Shown: positions 53,538-64,000 of the stretch, one piece after another
Layout of the letters: each line of letters opens with the position of its first letter
How positions within the stretch are numbered: position 1 is the first letter of the stretch
Assembly (NCBI GenBank): GCA_964035545.1
Contig: CAXIUT010000073.1
Span: 1 to 64,000, forward strand
Length of the DNA stretch: 64,000 nt
From: Bugula neritina
Taxonomy: Eukaryota; Animalia; Bryozoa
Direction of reading: 5' to 3'
Notes under the pieces: model-generated
What the model was told of the DNA's origin: nothing
What the model saw: the letters and a program-made list of their open reading frames with translations, nothing else
Database searches by the model: none
Translations under genes and position numbers: made by a program

Positions 53538-56500
53538 AACTGTATTGGCACGTTGCCATTTGAGATTTGGTAATATTTCGCATCACAACAAACTCTTCAG
53601 AAAGTTAAGAAAATTAGTCTAGAAAGTTAATGAAATAAACCTACCAGAGAGAGTAAGCCAGATGTAACAAGTAGATCCAAAACAAGTTGATTAACAATTG
53701 AAGTTGAAATCTCCATGTAGTGAACACTTTAGTCCTAATGTCAAATGCAAACGTCTGCAACCAAACTGTGTAGACTTCATGAGCTGGTTAGCTGACAAGA
53801 CTCATTAAAGTTCTTAACTCTTGTGTGTATAGTGATGCCCATCTTGAACTAGAGAGGGCTGACTGAAGACTGCTACTTTGTGAAAATTGACAATGCATAT
53901 TATTATTATTCATTGTTGAGATTCACGGCTGCCATAAACAATGATAAAATATTCATTGTTGGTACTAGTGAGTAGAATAAAATATAATATAATAATTTCT
54001 TGACAGATAAATAATATCATATACAGAATATAACTTACCATAACTCTACAGTGCTTCACCTCTTCAACTTTTTCGGCAATGTTATTTCCTACTAGTTAGA
54101 AGTACTAGCTGAATATAGGACTTTGAAACACAACCCTTCAATTCCATTGCACCAGCACCGGTTGCAAGATAGGTGTGTTGGGAGTTATCTTTCCTAAAAT
54201 TTTGTTCTTGGCGTTTATACGAAACAGACACAGGCTAATATTAGTTCTGTTATTTGCAAGAGTTTTTCTGTCTGGTTGTCCATCAGCAAATTTTTGCGCC
54301 TTGCAGTTTTTATGGAAATACTAGTGATGCTGGAAGACCTTTGCATTGTACACCCGCCTTCACTATTGAATTTAGATGTTTTATTTTCCCATCCCCTCTC
54401 CTGCCCCCCTGTCCCCTCTAACAACCAGCAATCCTGACTCATGTGAAATGTGTTATTGTTTTAGAGTTGGACCATGGGCCTACAGTATACGATTTGAAGC
54501 TTTATTGTTTACAGGCAGTCGAGATGAGTCACTGCTGAAACCCATTTTATTAGTAGACTATATTGCTCTTTAATCATCAGTTTTCATATTATAACAGAAA
54601 GCTCATCTGCAGCGCCATTTCACAGTATTATACTTTGCTAGAGCAATAACTAATTTTAGATGCCTTTGCAAACATATGAGAAATAAATGAGTCATTTTAT
54701 GAAAAGAGGTGTTTGCAGCACTTGTCCACTTTTGATTTACACGTGGCATGGAAACTTTTGTAGTTTTAAATAATATCTCCAAACTCATCACTTGCATGTG
54801 TTTATATACATGATAAAGTTTTTCATGCAAAACTTGATGCCTGCTTCAAAGACACCAGTGCTTGATTACTGTGTTAACTGTATTGGCACGTTGCCATTTG
54901 ATATTTGGTAATATTTCGCATCACAACAAACTCTTCAGAAAGTTAAGAAAATTAGTCTAGAAAGTTAATGAAATAAACCTACCAGAGAGAGTAAGCCAGA
55001 TGTAACAAGTAGATCCAAAACAAGTTGATTAACAATTGAAGTTGAAATCTCCATGTAGTGAACACTTTAGTCCTAATGTCAAATGCAAACGTCTGCAACC
55101 AAACTGTGTAGACTTCATGAGCTGGTTAGCTGACAGGACTCATTAAAGTTCTTAACTCTTGTGTGTATAGTGATGCCCATCTTGAACTAGAGAGGGCTGA
55201 CTGAAGACTGCTACTTTGTGAAAATTGACAATGCATATTATTATTATTCATTGTTGAGATTCACGGCTGCCATAAACAATGATAAAATATTCATTGTTGG
55301 TACTAGTGAGTAGAATAAAATATAATATAATAATTTCTTGACAGATAAATAATATCATATACAGAATCTAACTTACCATAACTCTACAGTGCTTCACCTC
55401 TTCAACTTTTTCGGCAATGTTATTTCCTTCTAGTTAAAAGTACTAGCTGAATATTAGACTTTGAAACATAACCCTTCAATTTCATTGCACCAGCACCGGT
55501 TGCAAGATAGGTGTGTTGGGAGTTATCTTTCCTAAAAATTTGTTTTCGGCGTTTATACGAAGCAGACACAGGCTAATATTAATTTTGTTATTTGCAAGAG
55601 TTTTTCTGTCTGGTTGTCCATCAGCAAAATTTTGCGCCTTGCAGTTTTTATGGAAATACCAGTGATGCTGGAAGACCTTTGCATTGTACACCCGCCTTTA
55701 CTATTGAATTTAGATGTTTTATTTTCCCATCCCCTCTCCTGCCCCCCTGTCCCCTCTAACAACCAGCAATCCTGACTCATGTGAAATGTGTTATTGTTTT
55801 AGAGTTGGACCATGGGCCTACAGTATACGATTTGAAGCTTTATTGTTTACAGGCAGTCGAGATGAGTCACTGCTGAAACCCATTTTATTAGTAGACTATA
55901 TTGCTCTTTAATCATCAGTTTTCATATTAAAACAGAAAGCTCATCTGCAGCGCCATTTCACAGTATTATACTTTGCTAGAGCAATAACTAATTTTAGATG
56001 CCTTTGCAAACATATGAGAAATAAATGAGTCATTTTATGAAAAGAGGTGTTTGCAGCACTTGTCCACTTTTGATTTACACGTGGCATGGAAACTTTTGTA
56101 GTTTTAAATAATATCTCCAAACTCATCACTTGCATGTGTTTATATACATGATAAAGTTTTTCATGCAAAACTTGATGCCTGCTTCAAAGACACCAGTGCT
56201 TGATTACTGTGTTAACTGTATTGGCACGTTGCCATTTGATATTTGGTAATATTTCGCATCACAACAAACTCTTCAGAAAGTTAAGAAAATTAGTCTAGAA
56301 AGTTAATGAAATAAACCTACCAGAGAGAGTAAGCCAGATGTAACAAGTAGATCCAAAACAAGTTGATTAACAATTGAAGTTGAAATCTCCATGTAGTGAA
56401 CACTTTAGTCCTAATGTCAAATGCAAACGTCTGCAACCAAACTGTGTAGACTTCATGAGCTGGTTAGCTGACAGGACTCATTAAAGTTCTTAACTCTTGT

Positions 56501-59500
56501 GTGTATAGTGTTGCCCATCTTGAACTAGAGAGGGCTGACTGAAGACTGCTACTTTGTGAAAATTGACAATGCATATTATTATTATTCATTGTTGAGATTC
56601 ACGGCTGCCATAAACAATGATAAAATATTCATTGTTGGTACTAGTGAGTAGAATAAAATATAATATAATAATTTCTTGACAGATAAATAATATCATATAC
56701 AGAATCTAACTTACCATAACTCTACAGTGCTTCACCTCTTCAACTTTTTCGGCAATGTTATTTCCTTCTAGTTAAAAGTACTAGCTGAATATTAGACTTT
56801 GAAACATAACCCTTCAATTTCATTGCACCAGCACCGGTTGCAAGATAGGTGTGTTGGGAGTTATCTTTCCTAAAAATTTGTTTTCGGCGTTTATACGAAG
56901 CAGACACAGGCTAATATTAATTTTGTTATTTGCAAGAGTTTTTCTGTCTGGTTGTCCATCAGCAAAATTTTGCGCCTTGCAGTTTTTATGGAAATACCAG
57001 TGATGCTGGAAGACCTTTGCATTGTACACCCGCCTTTACTATTGAATTTAGATGTTTTATTTTCCCATCCCCTCTCCTGCCCCCCTGTCCCCTTTAACAA
57101 CCAGCAATCCTGACTCATGTGAAATGTGTTATTGTTTTAGAGTTGGACCATGGGCCTACAGTATACGATTTGAAGCTTTATTGTTTACAGGCAGTCGAGA
57201 TGAGTCACTGCTGAAACCCATTTTATTAGTAGACTATATTGCTCTTTAATCATCAGTTTTCATATTAAAACAAACAGCTCATCTGCAGCGCCATTTCACA
57301 GTATTATACTTTGCTAGAGCAATAACTAATTTTAGATGCCTTTGCAAACATATGAGAAATAAATGAGTCATTTTATGAAAAGAGGTGTTTGCAGCAATTG
57401 TCCACTTTTGATTTAGACGCGGCATGGAAACTTTTGTAGTTTTAAATAATATCTCCAAACTCATCACTTGCATGTGTTTATATGCTTGATAAAGTTTTTC
57501 ATGCAAAACTTGATGCCTGCTTCAAAGACACCAGTGCTTATTTACTGTGTTAACTGTATTGGCACGTTGCCATTTGATATTTGGTAATATTTCGCATCAC
57601 AACAAACTCTTCAGAAAGTTAAGAAAATTAGTCTAGAAAGTTAATGAAATAAACCTACCAGAGAGAGTAAGCCAGATGTAACAAGTAGATCCAAAACAAG
57701 TTGATTAACAATTGAAGTTGAAATCTCCATGTAGTGAACACTTTAGTCCTAATGTCAAATGCAAACGTCTGCAACCAAACTGTGTAGACTTCATGAGCTG
57801 GTTAGCTGACAGGACTCATTAAAGTTCTTAACTCTTGTGTGTATAGTGATGCCCATCTTGAACTAGAGAGGGCTGACTGAAGACTGCTACTTTGTGAAAA
57901 TTGACAATGCATATTATTATTATTCATTGTTGAGATTCACGGCTGCCATAAACAATGATAAAATATTCATTGTTGGTACTAGTGAGTAGAATAAAATATA
58001 ATATAATAATTTCTTGACAGATAAATAATATCATATACAGAATCTAACTTACCATAACTCTACAGTGCTTCACCTCTTCAACTTTTTCGGCAATGTTATT
58101 TCCTACTAGTTAGAAGTACTAGCTGAATATAGGACTTTGAAACACAACCCTTCAATTCCATTACACCAGCACCGGTTGCAAGATAGGTGTGTTGGGAGTT
58201 ATCTTTCCTAAAATTTTGTTCTTGGCGTTTATACGAAACAGACACAGGCTAATATTAGTTTTGTTATTTGCAAGAGTTTTTCTGTCTGGTTGTCCATCAG
58301 CAAAATTTTGCGCCTTGCAGTTTTTATGGAAATACCAGTGATGCTGGAAGACCTTTGCATTGTACACCCGCCTTTACTATTGAATTTAGATGTTTTATTT
58401 TCCCATCCCCTCTCCTGCCCCCCTGTCCCCTCTAACAACCAGCAATCCTGACTCATGTGAAATGTGTTATTGTTTTAGAGTTGGACCATGGGCCTACAGT
58501 ATACGATTTGAAGCCTTATTGTTTACAGGCAGTCGAGATGAGTCACTGCTGAAACCCATTTTATTAGTAGACTATATTGCTCTTTAATCATCAGTTTTCA
58601 TATTAAAACAAACAGCTCGTCTGCAGCGCCATTTCACAGTATTATACTTTGCTAGAGCAATAACTAATTTTAGATGCCTTTGCAAACATATGAGAAATAA
58701 ATGAGTCATTTTATGAAAAGAGGTGTTTGAAGCAATTGTCCACTTTTGATTTAGACGCGGCATGGAAACTTTTGTAGTTTCAAATAATATCTCCAAACTC
58801 ATCACTTGCATGTGTTTATATGCTTGATAAAGTTTTTCATGCAAAACTTGATGCCTGCTTCAAAGACACCAGTGCTTAATTACTGTGTTAACTGTATTGG
58901 CACGTTGCCATTTGAGATTTGGTAATATTTCGCATCACAACAAACTCTTCAGAAAGTTAAGAAAATTAGTCTAAAAAGTTAATGAAATAAACCTACCAGA
59001 GAGAGTAAGCCAGATGTAACAAGTAGATCCAAAACAAGTTGATTAACAATTGAAGTTGAAATCTCCATGTAGTGAACACTTTAGTCCTAATGTCAAATGC
59101 AAACGTCTGCAACCAAACTGTGTAGACTTCATGAGCTGGTTAGCTGACAGGACTCATTAAAGTTCTTAACTCTTGTGTGTATAGTGATGCCCATCTTGAA
59201 CTAGAGAGGGCTGACTGAAGACTGCTACTTTGTGAAAATTGACAATGCATATTATTATTATTCATTGTTGAGATTCACGGCTGCCATAAACAATGATAAA
59301 ATATTCATTGTTGGTACTAGTGAGTAGAATAAAATATATTATAATAATTTCTTGACAGAAAAATAATATCATATACAGAATATAACTTACCATAACTCTA
59401 CAGTGCTTCACCTCTTCAACTTTTTCGGCAATGTCATTTGCTACTAGTTAGAAGTACTAGCTGAATATAGGACTTTGAAACACAACCCTTCAATTCCATT

Positions 59501-62500
59501 GCACCAGCACCGGTTGCAAGATAGGTGTGTTGGGAGTTATCTTTCCTAAAATTTTGTTCTTGGCGTTTATACGAAACAGACACAGGCTAATATTAGTTCT
59601 GTTATTTGCAAGAGTTTTTCTGTCTGGTTGTCCATCAGCAAAATTTTGCGCCTTGCAGTTTTTATGGAAATACCAGTGATGCTGGAAGACCTTTGCATTG
59701 TACACCCGCCTTCACTATTGAATTTAGATGTTTTATTTTCCCATCCCCTCTCCTGCCCCCCTGTCCCCTCTAACAACCAGCAATCCTGACTCATGTGAAA
59801 TGTGTTATTGTTTTAGAGTTGGACCATGGGCCTACAGTATACGATTTGAAGCTTTATTGTTTACAGGCAGTCGAGATGAGTCACTGCTGAAACCCATTTT
59901 ATTAGTAGACTATATTGCTCTTTAATCATCAGTTTTCATATTAAAACAGAAAGCTCATCTGCAGCGCCATTTCACAGTATTATACTTTGCTAGAGCAATA
60001 ACTAATTTTAGATGCCTTTGCAAACATATGAGAAATAAATGAGTCATTTTATGAAAAGAGGTGTTTGCAGCACTTGTCCACTTTTGATTTACACGTGGCA
60101 TGGAAACTTTTGTAGTTTTAAATAATATCTCCAAACTCATCACTTGCATGTGTTTATATACATGATAAAGTTTTTCATGCAAAACTTGATGCCTGCTTCA
60201 AAGACACCAGTGCTTGATTACTGTGTTAACTGTATTGGCACGTTGCCATTTGATATTTGGTAATATTTCGCATCACAACAAACTCTTCAGAAAGTTAAGA
60301 AAATTAGTCTAGAAAGTTAATGAAATAAACCTACCAGAGAGAGTAAGCCAGATGTAACAAGTAGATCCAAAACAAGTTGATTAACAATTGAAGTTGAAAT
60401 CTCCATGTAGTGAACACTTTAGTCCTAATGTCAAATGCAAACGTCTGCAACCAAACTGTGTAGACTTCATGAGCTGGTTAGCTGACAGGACTCATTAAAG
60501 TTCTTAACTCTTGTGTGTATAGTGATGCCCATCTTGAACTAGAGAGGGCTGACTGAAGACTGCTACTTTGTGAAAATTGACAATGCATATTATTATTATT
60601 CATTGTTGAGATTCACGGCTGCCATAAACAATGATAAAATATTCATTGTTGGTACTAGTGAGTAGAATAAAATATAATATAATAATTTCTTGACAGATAA
60701 ATAATATCATATACAGAATCTAACTTACCATAACTCTACAGTGCTTCACCTCTTCAACTTTTTCGGCAATGTTATTTCCTTCTAGTTAAAAGTACTAGCT
60801 GAATATAAGACTTTGAAACACAACCCTTCAATTCCATTGCACCAGCACCGGTTGCAAGATAGGTGTGTTGGGAGTTATCTTTCCTAAAATTTTGTTCTTG
60901 GCGTTTATACGAAACAGACACAGGCTAATATTAGTTCTGTTATTTGCAAGAGTTTTTCTGTCTGGTTGTCCATCAGCAAATTTTTGCGCCTTGCAGTTTT
61001 TATGGAAATACTAGTGATGCTGGAAGACCTTTGCATTGTACACCCGCCTTCACTATTGAATTTAGATGTTTTATTTTCCCATCCCCTCTCCTGCCCCCCT
61101 GTCCCCTCTAACAACCAGCAATCCTGACTCATGTGAAATGTGTTATTGTTTTAGAGTTGGACCATGGGCCTACAGTATACGATTTGAAGCTTTATTGTTT
61201 ACAGGCAGTCGAGATGAGTCACTGCTGAAACCCATTTTATTAGTAGACTATATTGCTCTTTAATCATCAGTTTTCATATTATAACAGAAAGCTCATCTGC
61301 AGCGCCATTTCACAGTATTATACTTTGCTAGAGCAATAACTAATTTTAGATGCCTTTGCAAACATATGAGAAATAAATGAGTCATTTTATGAAAAGAGGT
61401 GTTTGCAGCACTTGTCCACTTTTGATTTACACGTGGCATGGAAACTTTTGTAGTTTTAAATAATATCTCCAAACTCATCACTTGCATGTGTTTATATACA
61501 TGATAAAGTTTTTCATGCAAAACTTGATGCCTGCTTCAAAGACACCAGTGCTTGATTACTGTGTTAACTGTATTGGCACGTTGCCATTTGATATTTGGTA
61601 ATATTTCGCATCACAACAAACTCTTCAGAAAGTTAAGAAAATTAGTCTAGAAAGTTAATGAAATAAACCTACCAGAGAGAGTAAGCCAGATGTAACAAGT
61701 AGATCCAAAACAAGTTGATTAACAATTGAAGTTGAAATCTCCATGTAGTGAACACTTTAGTCCTAATGTCAAATGCAAACGTCTGCAACCAAACTGTGTA
61801 GACTTCATGAGCTGGTTAGCTGACAGGACTCATTAAAGTTCTTAACTCTTGTGTGTATAGTGATGCCCATCTTGAACTAGAGAGGGCTGACTGAAGACTG
61901 CTACTTTGTGAAAATTGACAATGCATATTATTATTATTCATTGTTGAGATTCACGGCTGCCATAAACAATGATAAAATATTCATTGTTGGTACTAGTGAG
62001 TAGAATAAAATATAATATAATAATTTCTTGACAGATAAATAATATCATATACAGAATCTAACTTACCATAACTCTACAGTGCTTCACCTCTTCAACTTTT
62101 TCGGCAATGTTATTTCCTTCTAGTTAAAAGTACTAGCTGAATATTAGACTTTGAAACATAACCCTTCAATTTCATTGCACCAGCACCGGTTGCAAGATAG
62201 GTGTGTTGGGAGTTATCTTTCCTAAAAATTTGTTTTCGGCGTTTATACGAAGCAGACACAGGCTAATATTAATTTTGTTATTTGCAAGAGTTTTTCTGTC
62301 TGGTTGTCCATCAGCAAAATTTTGCGCCTTGCAGTTTTTATGGAAATACCAGTGATGCTGGAAGACCTTTGCATTGTACACCCGCCTTTACTATTGAATT
62401 TAGATGTTTTATTTTCCCATCCCCTCTCCTGCCCCCCTGTCCCCTCTAACAACCAGCAATCCTGACTCATGTGAAATGTGTTATTGTTTTAGAGTTGGAC

Positions 62501-64000
62501 CATGGGCCTACAGTATACGATTTGAAGCTTTATTGTTTACAGGCAGTCGAGATGAGTCACTGCTGAAACCCATTTTATTAGTAGACTATATTGCTCTTTA
62601 ATCATCAGTTTTCATATTAAAACAGAAAGCTCATCTGCAGCGCCATTTCACAGTATTATACTTTGCTAGAGCAATAACTAATTTTAGATGCCTTTGCAAA
62701 CATATGAGAAATAAATGAGTCATTTTATGAAAAGAGGTGTTTGCAGCACTTGTCCACTTTTGATTTACACGTGGCATGGAAACTTTTGTAGTTTTAAATA
62801 ATATCTCCAAACTCATCACTTGCATGTGTTTATATACATGATAAAGTTTTTCATGCAAAACTTGATGCCTGCTTCAAAGACACCAGTGCTTGATTACTGT
62901 GTTAACTGTATTGGCACGTTGCCATTTGATATTTGGTAATATTTCGCATCACAACAAACTCTTCAGAAAGTTAAGAAAATTAGTCTAGAAAGTTAATGAA
63001 ATAAACCTACCAGAGAGAGTAAGCCAGATGTAACAAGTAGATCCAAAACAAGTTGATTAACAATTGAAGTTGAAATCTCCATGTAGTGAACACTTTAGTC
63101 CTAATGTCAAATGCAAACGTCTGCAACCAAACTGTGTAGACTTCATGAGCTGGTTAGCTGACAGGACTCATTAAAGTTCTTAACTCTTGTGTGTATAGTG
63201 TTGCCCATCTTGAACTAGAGAGGGCTGACTGAAGACTGCTACTTTGTGAAAATTGACAATGCATATTATTATTATTCATTGTTGAGATTCACGGCTGCCA
63301 TAAACAATGATAAAATATTCATTGTTGGTACTAGTGAGTAGAATAAAATATAATATAATAATTTCTTGACAGATAAATAATATCATATACAGAATCTAAC
63401 TTACCATAACTCTACAGTGCTTCACCTCTTCAACTTTTTCGGCAATGTTATTTCCTTCTAGTTAAAAGTACTAGCTGAATATTAGACTTTGAAACATAAC
63501 CCTTCAATTTCATTGCACCAGCACCGGTTGCAAGATAGGTGTGTTGGGAGTTATCTTTCCTAAAAATTTGTTTTCGGCGTTTATACGAAGCAGACACAGG
63601 CTAATATTAATTTTGTTATTTGCAAGAGTTTTTCTGTCTGGTTGTCCATCAGCAAAATTTTGCGCCTTGCAGTTTTTATGGAAATACCAGTGATGCTGGA
63701 AGACCTTTGCATTGTACACCCGCCTTTACTATTGAATTTAGATGTTTTATTTTCCCATCCCCTCTCCTGCCCCCCTGTCCCCTTTAACAACCAGCAATCC
63801 TGACTCATGTGAAATGTGTTATTGTTTTAGAGTTGGACCATGGGCCTACAGTATACGATTTGAAGCTTTATTGTTTACAGGCAGTCGAGATGAGTCACTG
63901 CTGAAACCCATTTTATTAGTAGACTATATTGCTCTTTAATCATCAGTTTTCATATTAAAACAAACAGCTCATCTGCAGCGCCATTTCACAGTATTATACT
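53538..64000. repeat. Apparent pentameric higher-order repeat, 6690-bp period (1.6 periods visible)
   Basis: The variant order of copies 41, 42, 43 repeats in copies 46, 47, 48 (ORF variants at 54215/60905, 55553/62243 and 56891/63581, each 6690 bp apart). Confidence 0.7.

Larger units (their letters stand above)
1..64000. repeat. Tandem macrosatellite array, ~1338-bp monomer, 47 full copies + 1 partial
   Basis: The same sequence recurs head-to-tail across the window. The recurrent 65-aa ORF starts at 841, 2179, 3519, 4857 ... 62404, 63742, with spacings of 1338 or 1340 bp (once 1337). Monomer starts include 1, 1341, 2679, 4019, 5357, 14731, 29449, 38814, 48182, 52198 and 62904. Repeat sequence runs to both window edges. 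Confidence 0.99.

Noticed and set aside
1-64000. CRISPR array or prokaryotic/phage system
   Set aside because: No short repeats with unique spacers and no gene-dense coding sequence; the composition and organisation are those of eukaryotic satellite DNA.

Overview
The whole 64 kb window is one head-to-tail tandem array (macrosatellite) of a ~1.34 kb AT-rich monomer. By manual count of copy 1 it is ~35% GC, with about 18 CpG seen versus about 42 expected. Defining the monomer from AACTGTATTGGCACG, there are 47 complete copies plus a partial 48th (62904-64000). Most copies are 1338 bp; nine are 1340 bp (copies 1,3,5,7,9,11,30,37,40) and one is 1337 bp (copy 23). Copies are roughly 98-100% identical, and I saw no insertion, inversion or unique DNA. 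The ORF track consists only of short recurrent ORFs that are broken by copy-specific variants, so I call no protein-coding gene, and I found no intact RNA gene. The real structure lies at two levels. (1) The higher-order organisation changes along the array: a strict 2678-bp dimer with a nested tetramer at 1-14730, then shuffled 2-4-mer mosaics, then an emerging 6690-bp pentamer. (2) Each monomer carries a nearly invariant ~430-bp domain that tentatively looks like an eroded CR1-type LINE reverse-transcriptase fragment, a canonical G-quadruplex motif, three perfect AP-1 sites within 260 bp, and a possible minus-strand mini-exon. These features fit an ordinary piece of methylated, probably vertebrate, genomic DNA (possibly enhancer-like) that was amplified into a satellite. 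That interpretation is inference; I cannot identify the species or prove function.
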